Source: Pseudogymnoascus verrucosus (taxonomy: Eukaryota). From it: 64,000 nt of DNA. Location: NCBI GenBank assembly GCA_001662655.1, contig KV460206.1. One strand, 5' to 3'. Below the pieces are notes generated by a model that saw only the letters and a program-made list of their open reading frames with translations, was not told the DNA's origin and made no database searches. This document shows, one piece after another, positions 1-11,576 of this stretch; within the stretch, counting starts at the first letter, position 1; the number at the start of each line of letters is the position of its first letter. Both the position numbers and the translations under genes were made by a program.

Positions 1-2250
1 AAGGCCGTGATGAGAAGTAATCCGGCAACAGCAGTTCAAATACCAAAACTACAGATCAGAGAATCAAAACTTCAGATGGGTCTTCGTATGTCAGACATAA
101 CTGATCGTGTAGTGTAGAGAACATCACTCACAGTCTTGACCATCAGAGAGACTCGCGATATAATACGGGTATCATAGATCCAGATCCATGAGCACGAGCT
201 CATGTCAGTCGTGGGACTGGAGTGGTGGTGTGGTTTTGTGTTGGTTGTTTCGGGACGAGTGTTGGGGGGTTTTATATAAGTTTTTCTTTGGTGCTCTGGG
301 ATGGGGAGAATGATTATGGCTAGCTGGGGGGGAGGGGGTGTTGTGAAGGCTTCACTGCGAACTCGGGGATATACTCAACCCATCTCATATCTAGTCATCC
401 ACTTTCCACCCCTTTCCTTGTCCTCCAGGCCTAGTTGTGGGATAGCTCGAGCACACATCACACACACCCTATAAATACCTCGCCCTCAACTCCAACACTC
501 GACAAGTACAGGCAAAGAATTGGAACAGAGCATATGTGTCGTCGCGTCCCCACAACTACACACTTGCCGCCCTCGATGTCAGAAGCCGCGCTAACTGCTT
601 CCCCTCAACTCGAGTGATCCGGGTGGTGACAGGTCGGCGGAGTGGCGGCGGGAATCTGCGACAGCGCCGGGGGGGGTGAGAAGCAGCTGCGGTGGGAATA
701 GATAGCGACAGTGAGAAGTCAGCAACAACACAGGGGCAAATGGGATACTTTTCCAGAAGCCAGGTCGAGTATTAGAGCCTGGCGGCAAGGCAAGCGATAG
801 GTTTTGCGAATTTGGCTTTGTAGAGGATACAGATGTTGGATGGGGTTATATACGTTTCGTCTTGCTGCTCGTGGCTGGTCAAGGCGAGGATGGAGAGGAT
901 GATTACAGAGCACTTTAAAAACGGGAGGGGGGATACCTTCACTGCGCGCTAGAGGAGATACTCAGCTATTCCCATAGTTTGCCCATTTGCGATGATCTTT
1001 TTGCTCTGAGATGACGATGTTGGCATGGGAATGGGACGTTCGTGGGAGAGGAGACGGCCCCTATAAGTACCCCCCTCTCCATCTGCGACACCCGGGAACA
1101 GCGGCAAAACTACAATTCCTGGAACAGATGATAAGGAGTTCCGTATTTCAATTGTTACACATGTCGCACCTGATACCAGAAGCTGCGATGGCTACTTCCG
1201 CTCATCTCGAGTGGTCAGAGTAGTGGCAGTGCTGGTCGATGTGGCGGTGAGAATCGGCGACGGTAGGAGGAGACGGTGACGAGAATCGTCGCGGTGAGAA
1301 GAAGACTTCGATGGGAAGAAATCATCCAGCAACAGCAGAGCAGGCAGAAGAGGTAGTACGTCTTGTCGTCCAGGATCTTCGCTAGTGATAACTGAGGGAA
1401 GGACCCATATCCCATTCATAGAACTTTACTCCCCTTCCTATTGCAATGGCTCCAAAAAGTCGGTTGCTATCTCTATTCTTATAATCGTTGTCCATGAATG
1501 TATGCCTTTTGTGCAGCCTTTTAATATCACTTTGATGGTCGCGCGGTGCTGATATTGTGAGCTTGTTCTGGGGTTTGCGAGCAGCTCCTGGCTTGTCAAC
1601 GGAGTGGGAAGGGCACATTGTCTCGCTGCGGAAATGCGGTGATGGGTTCGATGCTCTCATGGAGATATATTCAGCTAGTTTTGTTGCTAGGTTGGTTATT
1701 TATCTTTCATTTAATCACCTCGGCGAAGTGTGGTTATAGGATTGTCCGAGCACACACCACATAACCCCTATAAATCCCCCACTCCCCATTTTTGAGCTGC
1801 ACACTCGACAAACAAAAGAGCATTTTCAAATGCTACATGGGCGGTGCGGGACCTCATCCCCCCACAGCTTCATCTTGCCGTGCCACACCCGACCTCATCG
1901 TCTCTCTCTGTTCCCCTTCTCCCTCGCTGTTGAACCTCAGGTCCATACACGGAACCTTGATAATAGAAGCTGCCAGCGCGGTGATAAGTTGAGCTGGCAC
2001 TGGGTTGTGGTAGACGCAGTGACAGTGAGAATCCTCGACAGTGATAATCTGTAACGGTAGGAAGAAAAGCGGTGGTGAGAAGACACTGTTGTTTATCTGG
2101 CAGCTACATACGCTGACTTGAAGTATTAAACTGGCGTTACCATACCCTGACTTGATGGTGGTTGCATTTAGTGGGATGTAATTATGGATCATTCCCAGAG
2201 CGCCTAATGTTTTTGCGACGAACCTAGAGCGTGCGTGTTATCCAAGCCGG
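1..2250. repeat. Degenerate tandem array of ~590-710 bp units (about 3.5 units visible, probably continues beyond the window start)
   Basis: Colinear anchors recur: CTTCACTGCG at 350/937; CCCTATAA at 467/1059/1766; CGAGCACACA at 448/1747; ACACTCGACAA at 495/1801; CTCGAGTG at 609/1206; GCAACARCA at ~25/722/1329. Confidence 0.7.
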
Positions 2251-3113
2251 TTCGCATGGCTGAATGATCCCGGTTTCCAAGCGCTCCACGTCCATATGGG
2301 TGGTCAGCTTTGAGAGTGTTTCGTGTCCAAAATTGGGTACGATTTGCGTACGAGGAACATGTCGAGGTCTACGACGGCTGGAGGGTGGGATAGGCTGATG
2401 ACGGCCGGGGACGATTTAGGGGGTTGAAAGAAAAGGGGTTGTGATGGGTGGTTCTGGGGACAAACTATTAATGAAGGAAAGAAAAGATGAAAAAGTAGTG
2501 GCTACACTCGTCATTGGATATGGGACCGGCGATACTTATATAGAACCCTCATCGAGGCAAGTAAGTAGAAACAAGGATTAAACGATACGAAAAAGACGAG
2601 ACAGGATCAAGAGACAGCATACACATTGAAATTCTTGTTGAATTAGACCGATATTGCTCAGGCAGAATGAAAGAAACAGTTTGCAAGCTGGCATCCCGCT
2701 TCAGGTGCATCGACCCCGAGAACCACGAGCTATCCTCATTTGCTGCTGTAGATGGACGTCTTCACCTCGCAGATAGTAGGAATCTGCAACAGCGAGAGTG
2801 ACATCGTTTCTTTCAAGAGAAACGATGACAGGATGGAGGTTGGTGGCAGCAGTATACACTGGTGCTGACAGGAAATATCACGACAGTTGACACCCAGAAG
2901 CCTCTACCACGATCCTGTATCGTGGATTAATATAAGAGCCTGAAATTTATGTGCATCATCAAAGATCTGTCTGAGTTCTTCTTCCCAGTTTTCGATGATA
3001 GACTTTCTTGCTTGGCCAGGCACATAACTTCGCTCTCATAGCAAAATATATGTCAGCCAACATAAACAAAGGATATATTTCTAAAAATCCCCAAAACTAT
3101 CTACTCCCACCCC

Positions 3114-4186
3114 CTAAGCATGCTGCTTCTTCCTCCTCCCCCTCAACGCCTTCACCCCCTCCCTGCCCTTCTCCGCCGCCTCATCCAGCATCCCCCCCGC
3201 TCTCTCCCTAACCTGATGTTTCTCCGCCTCATCCCTCACATCCTCCATCACATCCCCCCCCACACTCGTCCCATGCAACCAATCCATAAACCCCCACGGC
3301 GCAAAATTTCCCCTACCACGACTCTGCATATGTCGATCCTGCCGTCTCGCGATGCCGCCCAGCATGATGCCGGGGAGCGTGGCGTAGCCGGATGCGACGA
3401 GGGTTTCTTCTAGAGTGGTGAGGGCGAGGAGGAGGAGGTGCGTGAGGATGTGGGGGCGGAAGAGGAGGGTGGGGAGGTAGAGGGGGAGGAAGTGCAGGAG
3501 CAGGTGGGGGAGGGGGTGGTCGTAGTAGGCGGTGAAGGAGTAGGGGGCTGTGATGGAGTGGTTCCATTGCTTGTGGAGCGTGGAGAAGATGTTGGGGTGG
3601 GCGGGGCGGTGGAGGAAGCGGTGGATGTAGTATTGGAGGACCTGTGGGGTTGTTAGTGGTGTGTGAGGGTGGAGGCCGGAAGGCTTACTTCTCTTATGAC
3701 AAGTCCTCGGAGGACGTCCTTTGCTATCGACCACGGCATTGGGAGTGTGGTGGTAATCTTCATGGCGCTGCGCATGTGGAGAACCTCAGTGAAGAGGAAC
3801 TCTACGGCGACTTGTATCCCGACGGACAGAAGTATGTTGAACAAGCTGACCCCAATAACCTGCCACCACGGCGGCGTGCCCTTGCTCTTTTTTGCGCCTT
3901 GCACGCCGCCAGTCCGGGTTGGTAACGCTGGGGCGCCCTGGATCTTAAGGCCTACTGCCAAGCTCGGTATGATTGTGTCGAAGAGGAGGAAGAAGGCTGC
4001 GGGGAGTAGGAAGAAGAGGGCGCGCACGGCGAGGGTGCCAATAACCTCGACGCGGAGCTGGGATTGTGTGAGGACAAGGGTTGACCAAGTCATGTAGAAG
4101 AATAAGAGGTTGAGAGAGGTTGAGTAGGTGCCGAGTGTGGGCAGGAGCAGGTAGCCCACTACTGGAAGTGAGAGTAATGCGCCCAT
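3114..4186 (-). CDS. Fatty acid hydroxylase / sterol desaturase superfamily membrane protein (2 exons: 4186-3689, 3641-3114)
   Basis: The GTAAGC..CTAAC..CAG intron at 3642-3688 joins two ORFs in frame. It has hydrophobic helices and partly degenerate His boxes (YYIHRFLH, HKQWNH, DWLHGT). Confidence 0.85.
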
Positions 4187-5357
4187 GGTGTTTGAGGGCT
4201 GTGAAGCAGATAACGCGTTGGTTTGATGAGTTGAGACACTTTATGCGACGACCATATATGCATGCATACAAAGAAAGATGAGGAATCTCACTTAGTCTGC
4301 CCTTATATATATACTGGCATTGTTGTATATATATTGTATGTGGACCCTCAATGGGTTGATAAATAACAAAGACATGCTCTATGACGACATAACTTCCAGA
4401 CTTGCTTTGAGCTTACATTCTTGGACTACCCAATGAGGAAGAGCCTAGAATTGGTCTGTGCATACCAACGAAAGCGGTCAGTCAGGGGAGTGAAAGGTAA
4501 ATGGCAGAATTCCCGCTAAAAAGGGTCTCACCGCCTTCCCGCCCTGCCCCAAGGGACAAGCCGCAGTCGCGGTACTCAGTTCAGCCCAATTAGGCTTAGT
4601 ATCCCACCCCCAAAGACCCAAGGACCCTGTTCGTGCACGTGCCTCTCCGCATCGATCCAGCTTCCCCGTGATGACAGTAATAAGCAGATTCTCCGTCAGG
4701 GGCAAGCTCCGACCTGTTCGTGGGTGCGAGTCAATTTAACGCTGCACGCACTGCTACCCTCTGCTACCACTGCGATTGTCTATTGCCTTCTACCCTCCAA
4801 CCTTCCTTCTTATATCTTATCCTTTTTGTCGCATTCCCCTGTATCACTATCGAACCATCTTCTCCCTGGCGTCCCTTACCTCCTGATTATATTTTACCAT
4901 TCTCAATTCGGTCCCGGAATCCCACGCTGAATGACAGGTCGCGCGTGAAAGCGGGATCCAACTCCTATTCATCTCCGAGACATTCACGGCGTGAGTCTCC
5001 CCCATTGTCCACTTTCGGCCCTTCCCCTCTCTTCTCGTCCTCCCACAAACCCTCTCCTGAAAGTTAAAACTGACCAAAGTTATCCAAACAATAGCTTCTG
5101 TCGCGCGCTGTGGTCGCCCTGTTACCCGATTCGAAATTTAACGCATAATGCGCTCGGGCGTTTAGAACTCTCTTTTGACCGACTTCGCACCTGCACGCCC
5201 TTGTTAGGCCTGGTAGGATACACAGGGTTCTAACGAATACGCGACACACTGCAGACGACTGCAGATGCAGTGAACCGACCAACTGAGATTACAGCGGGAG
5301 CAAAGGGATAACCGTTGACACCAAACGAACCACCCAGTGTGCCACCAACTAGCCAAT

Positions 5358-8165
5358 ATGGCTCCTCCCTCCACCCCCCCGCCCATTCCGGAGCGTACAA
5401 GGTACGAAGGAAAGTACGAAGGCCGAAGAGGATCGCTTCCTCCTCCGTCGTTAAAGCTTCGCGCGACAGACGGGAATCGAGTGCATGTCCACCCTGCCTC
5501 TCCTGAGGTCATCTCCAGCCTTATCACATCGCTGTCGATCATCTCGTCACCCGCAAACCGACTATTCGAACTCCCAGGCGCCGCGAACTCTCTACCTAGT
5601 TCCCCATATGCGACACAAACCACCTTCGACCCTATCGATCGCTTGCTCCAGAATGAGACCAGCCAGGGCGGCAGTTTTGGTATCGATTATGGCGCATACA
5701 ACCAGTCCTCTCATAACTATGCTATGAATGAGCTGCCTCTGGATGAGATGTCTGCGGCTGCACCAGTTATCCGAACCGCTAAGCCTCCGTCCGGGTTCTC
5801 AGCGTTGACTGCTCCCAAATCACCTAAACCCGACGGAACACCGATTAAGAACTTGTTGAGGAGCTCAAGGCCGACGTCGAGAGAATCTAGCGGAGACGAC
5901 GCTCTGAGCATTGGAAGTGTATCGATAGAGCCAGGTTCGCTTCCACGGGACCTGAGGAGGAGGCGCTCCTCGGATAGCTGGGATAAGAAGCAAGGGAGAC
6001 ACAACAAGGGATTACTCTACATGAGCTCCAAAGAACGGATGCGCGAGTCTGAGAGAAAGCGCTCATCATCCAGTACCACGAGAGGTTCGGGAGTAGAACG
6101 GCTTCCAAAGCAAGAGTTTGATACGAAATCATTCATGTCTGAAGCACCGATAACGGAAGAGCCGGTTGTTGAACAACCGGAATACCTCTGGAATGACTCC
6201 GCCGCGCCGAGTCCTTCCATTGGGCCAGATAGCTCTATGAATGGGACCAGCAATGGTGGGATCGGATCAGGGCGTTACATCCCCACGCGGGACTCGTCAT
6301 TGCGGAATAAGAAGCGCGCACCCCACAGCGGCAGAAGCTCAAGGCAACCGGCCCCAGAGCTTGCTGATGATACGATCAAGGAGGTCGACGAACACTCAAG
6401 TCCAGTTGTGGACAAGGGCGCCGAAAAGTTTGGCCAGTCGCAATCCAGCTTGGCTGTACAGAAACCCAGAGATCAATCAGCAATCCCACTGCCAACCCAA
6501 CAGAAAACAAGAACAGGCGAACCAGACAGGAGTCTGTATGCCGACCAGGCGAAGGGCCAGTTCGTTAAAGACGACGGGGCACCATCGCCGAACGTTACCC
6601 AGCGTACATCTCGCGATAAGTCCGAGCAAGCGCAGAATAAAGCGAAGAAATCCAGTGGAAGGCTAACGCCAGATCCATTCGAGAGACTTGCAGGGAGACG
6701 AGACTCAAAACGGGACTCAAACAAGGCCAGACGCTCGTCGGGTTACCAGAGTGGTGCGGAGGGCGACAAAGTAGAGAAGCATCGCAGAACATCGTCAAAC
6801 CCGAAGAAGGATGCACAGGCAGCTGATGGCAAGGCCAATCGCGTGAGCACAGATGCTCGTCCAACAAGTGCAGATTCTATCGATGATGCTGTAGATGCCT
6901 ATCTGTGCTCTCCACGATTATCACACAAGATTACGCATCCACAAACTGGGCGAGTCATCTCGTTCTCCGAGGTTGGAGACCCTGAGGGATTTGCTGTGTT
7001 TTGCTGCGTAGGAATGGGCTTGACGAGATATATCACCGCCTTCTACGATGAGCTTGCCCTCACGCTGAAGTTGCGTTTGATTACCCCTGATAGACCCGGT
7101 GTTGGTGAGAGTGAACCTTATACGGACGGAACTGCCACACCGCTTAGCTGGCCTGGTAAGCTCCCTTTTTCATCGTCACTCTTACTATGCTAACAATCAT
7201 TAGATGATGTATACGCTATCTGCCAGACCCTTAAAATCACCAAATTCTCCATCTTGGCTCACTCCGCTGGCGCCATCTACGCCCTTGCCACTGCCCTCCG
7301 CATGCCACAGCACATCCGTGGCCGCATCCACCTCCTCGCCCCCTGGATTCCTCCGTCCCAACTCAACGTTTTCGGAGGGCAACAGGTCATGCCTCCAGCC
7401 AACTCCATCCCAACATCACAGCGCATTCTCCGTGCCCTCCCCACGCCAATCCTCAAAGCTGCAAACTCATCATTCATGTCCGCCACAAGCAGCTCTATCA
7501 CCTCAAGCCTACCAAAGCAGAAGCGCAGTAAACGCAAGTCCACCACCGCCAAAGACGCGCCTACCATTATTAGGCCGAACGTCGTCGCAGTTGGTCCTGG
7601 CGACAAGGAGAATGTCGGTCCACATACTGATCAATATGGACCGGTGAAATCGGGACAGGCGGCACCTCTTCCTCGCGCTGCGAATAACCCTCCGGACCTA
7701 AGCAGCGAGGCTGCGATCTTGGCAGCTGCTGCTATGTCGGCGTCGAGCAAGGAGAGGCAAACTACATACGACACGCGCTTGACGCACGCCATCTGGGATT
7801 TAGCCACCAGCGGGGCCAATCCCGCGGTGGACCTGTTGGTGTGTTTGGAGAGGAGACATACGATTGGGTTCCGCTACGTGGATATTACGCGCGCTGTGGT
7901 GATTCACCATGGCAGCAAGGACACGCGTGTTCCGGTTGAGAATGTGAAGTGGCTGGGGAAGATGATGAGGAGGTGCGAGGTGAGGATATTGGAGGGAGAG
8001 GGCCATGGGCTCATGGCTAGTGCACAGGTTATGGGAGGGGTGCTTATGGAGATCGCGGGGGAGTGGGATGATTGGATGAAAGTTGTTGAGCGGAAGGGGG
8101 GGAATAAGGGGGAGGAGGCTGGACGGAGACTGAGGGAGAGCAGGAGTGTCAGTGCCTTCCGATAA
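5358..8165 (+). CDS. Alpha/beta-hydrolase-fold protein with a long low-complexity N-terminus (exons 5358-7155, 7204-8165)
   Basis: Intron 7156-7203 (GTAAGC..CTAAC..TAG). Motifs RLITPDRPGVGES, nucleophile elbow AHSAG, HHGSKDTRVP and GEGHGL. Confidence 0.85.
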
Positions 8166-9314
8166 GTGGGGGTAATAGGATGTCATCCTTTTTGGGTACG
8201 ATGGATGATGGTGGGTCAGATTGATGGTTATCTCCTGGCCTGGTCAGGGCGTTGCTTTTGGGGATTGCTATTGCGGGATATTTGGGATGGGTAATGTATG
8301 ATACAATGGGGAGGCATGTAGGTTTGTGATAAACCGAGGAGAGGATATAAGTCAGCTATAGTCATATAATGATATTTACACGTTACAAAAAGTTGTCGTC
8401 TTACGGTTTGTGCTCTCAAATGTTTCATTGAAGGGTTTAAATTGTATGTTGTGACCACAATATATGGGGCAGAACTGGCATCGGACCCCTTTCATTTGTA
8501 AGGCATCGTGTGGGGCGTTTTCAAGATATTTTTGAGCAAAACATGCGACAGGAGTCTGGCTAGTGCTGGACATATTTTCAACGGTTATCACTAGAATCAC
8601 AAGTGGGTTATCTACAAGCTTGATATCAAATAAGCATTCTTCGCAAACTATACTATATCATCCACAGGTGCCGTCGATCAAATTCTTCTTCACAACGCGA
8701 CATCAAGTCGCGCCTGCAATGAAAAAAATATAGGCCTGTCAGACATCCATCACCACCCACCCAATCCGCGCGCCCGAAGGCAGACCGCGAGACCGGGACA
8801 AGATCATCACCACTCTCTATACAGCACCTCTTGCGAGGCAACCGCCACGCTTGCGCGCAGTGCGAGAGTCTAAGGTATCACTCTTGGGCAGTGAGGAGAT
8901 AAGTCATCAACCAGGTTGGAATCTGTGGCTTTCGTGAGAAACACAGTATGGGGATGTTTACTAAAGAAAATGATTCCATCTGAGATTTGCTGTTAGCTGG
9001 TGTTCAAACGTATTGTGTGCTTGACACTGCCAGTTGTGATACTGGAGTGTTGCTGGAGTAATGGGGGTAAACTCACGAAGTAAAATCGACATGAAAAGAA
9101 AAGGAAGAGTTTCTGAGGAAGTCGGAGACTTTATACAATTGTCGCAGCCGCTAGCGCGAGCACTAGCGTGGAAAAATTGATGGTGGATCAAGATCAGGTG
9201 ATCACGTAGCGCGACTTGACAGAAATGATAATGACGCTAGTCCTAATTCGGATTCTCCGTTGGAGCTCAGAAATTCAAGCATAACGACAAGAATTTCGGA
9301 CGGAAGCCATTATC

Positions 9315-10482
9315 ATGTTTCAATTTGATGGCGGCAAGAAGGAGAGGGAGACATGCTTTGTAACTCATGGGGCAATGGGTCACTTGGACCCGGCGCAGCC
9401 GCCTGTGAGGAGGAAGCCGTACTCGACGATTTTGGCTGTGCCATTCGTACATAAGGTCTAAGCTACATCTGATTCAAGGTAGAATGATACTAATACGAGT
9501 ATAGGCTGAGCTGATCTTGCCGCAAGAGCTATATGAGAGTATCCAGATTGATATGGACAGTAAATTTTCAGTGCCTACCTATTCACGTGTTATCCTGCCA
9601 CTGGCCGAGTTGCTATCCGGAGACTTTTTTACAGAGTATATTAAGAAGGGCAATATCCTCATGCTCTCTGAAGGAAAGCAAGGGGTCAATGATGTCTACT
9701 CGTTACGAGATGGTGTTCTGACCTTGGCGCTGGAGAAGGAGAGTTACGAGAGAGCGGGCTTGGCTGGGGAGCCTGATGGCGCGAAGGGGAAGAGAGGTGC
9801 TCGCGCAAGATGGCTTGTGGAGATTAACCTGCGCCAACCTTCGATGCTGCATGGGAAGAAGGGGTTTGATAGGATAGTCTACGCATTCAAGAACGTGTTG
9901 AACAAACCCGTCACATGGCTGTTTTGCAATTTGGAAGGCGAAGGTCCGTTATTTCTGTCTATGAACTTTAACCATGTGGCTAACATATATACAGCTCCAT
10001 CTCCGGATCCCTTGGCCAAACATTTTCCCGTCAAGATCAACTGTCCCCCAAGTATAACTCGTGGCCCAGTAGTTAACATGCCGAATGTCACGCCGCCAAT
10101 AGGAGCTGACGAAGGAGACAACTTTGGCGAGTTCGCAGCTGATTTATACGAGTGGCTGTCTCTGATCTCCTTGGAAAGCCCCAGGGTAGATGTGAACGAC
10201 CAAATCGACCCTTTTCTATCACGATACACATCACCTCCCTCTGATAAGCCTGAAGGGGAGAATCAGGCCCTGGTGAAAATCACCTGGAAAGGCTTCATGT
10301 CCTCATCTTGGGCACATAAAACTTTCGTGTCAGCCGTGCTTGCAGCAACGACAAAGTCCTGGTTCTCCTTTTCCGTGTCTGGATTTCCAGACAGCTTGCC
10401 AGCCACCTCCAGAGATTGTACCATATCGAAGATACCAGGGCCCTCATCAGAATTTATGCTCTGGGAGGTCGAGCACAATTGA
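9315..10482 (+). CDS. RPP40: Ribonuclease P/MRP subunit p40 (Rpp40)-like protein (introns 9456-9504 and 9944-9994)
   Basis: Motifs FFTEYIKKG, YERAGLAG, LYEWLSLISLESPRV and IDPFLSRY. Upstream exon from ATG 9315 splices in frame. Confidence 0.8.
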
Positions 10483-10492
10483 ATACATCTCT

Positions 10493-11155
10493 TCAATCCG
10501 TGCGTTGGCGTACGTCCCTCTCCGCCGGGTTCACTTGGCCCCTAAACGCCTCGGTGACGAGTGCTCTTAATTCCGCTTGGCCAGCTTCGTCTTGGAAATC
10601 TTCTCTTGCTGCCAACTCTTCAATCTTCCTCCTGAATTCTTGGTCAACCTCGTTATCACCAATATCTTCCGGTGCCATGGTGCCCATGTCAATCGAGATT
10701 CCTGCTGGCAACGGAGGAACCTGTCCAATCACTGGCGCCAAAGGTGCATCGGTGCCGTTGCCATTCGCTTGTGTAGTGCTACCTCCATCCGCGAAGGATG
10801 CGAGATACGCAGCAACTTCAGGGAAGTCATCGTCGGCCAGTATCGATTCCGCAGCGGTCCTTCCTTCGTCGCCTGTGATCTTGGGATCAGCACCAAGCTC
10901 TTCGACAAGGGCCTTCGCAGCCTCAACAGTCTCGGCAACAAATAAAGCCGTCTCATTATCCTCATCTCTGATATTAACATCGACTTTGAACTCGTTGACC
11001 AGTGTTCGTAGGAGGTCTAGGTGGTTGTAGGACACCGCAGCGTGAATCAGAGAGTATCCATGGTCATCTTGGGCTGATGCAAGGCTGGGATTGGCGCGTA
11101 GGAGCGGCAGGAGCTCAGGCGAATTATCAGCGGCAAGAAGAAATGGGTTAGACAT
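10493..11155 (-). CDS. Small ankyrin-repeat protein (YCR051W-like)
   Basis: Ankyrin repeats DDHGYSLIHAAVSYNHLDLLRTLV and DEDNETALFVAE. Most plausible start is MSNPFLLAAD at 11155. Confidence 0.8.
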   Translation of the reverse strand: MSNPFLLAADNSPELLPLLRANPSLASAQDDHGYSLIHAAVSYNHLDLLRTLVNEFKVDVNIRDEDNETALFVAETVEAAKALVEELGADPKITGDEGRTAAESILADDDFPEVAAYLASFADGGSTTQANGNGTDAPLAPVIGQVPPLPAGISIDMGTMAPEDIGDNEVDQEFRRKIEELAAREDFQDEAGQAELRALVTEAFRGQVNPAERDVRQRTD

Positions 11156-11576
11156 CGTGAATAGTTTAATGACAATGTCGTGCTGCTTTTCTAATTTTAG
11201 TTTTCGTGAGGTTGGTGTTGGACGGTGACTGTTGCGGCCAACAAAATTTACCCCGCCAACAAGGCTGACAAGGCTCACTAGCGCAAGTCGCCTAAAATCA
11301 CCATGACAGGCACTGGGAACAACATAGATCAGATCCAACGTTGGTTGGTTTGTGATTCATACCGCTTTTATATTGCAAGGGGCATGGTAAAGCTTGTGAA
11401 TACTAGAAGTCTCTTATACCCATCTTCTTTCAAGTTATATCAGGCCCTTTGCATGATTTTATCCGAAATTCCATTTTTGGGAATTTAATATCCCCCACTT
11501 CATTTATTGCGGCTACAAATTGACTACAACTTGTCCATCCACGCCTTGGACACTCTGTTCGACACTCTGTGTCAAA

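Noticed and set aside
60..135. Minus-strand GTGATG...CTGA...CTGA resembling a box C/D snoRNA, or a GTGAGT intron after MVKT
   Set aside because: The C box is imperfect, no rRNA guide was recognised and the region is cut by the window edge. It lies within the degenerate array.
1570..1665. GGGTTCGATGC resembling a tRNA T-loop
   Set aside because: The T-stem does not pair and no cloverleaf can be built.
2802..2827. Perfect 10-bp hairpin CATCGTTTCT-ttcaag-AGAAACGATG containing TTCAAGAGA (shRNA-loop-like)
   Set aside because: The stem is too short for an shRNA and there is no vector context. Compatible with chance.
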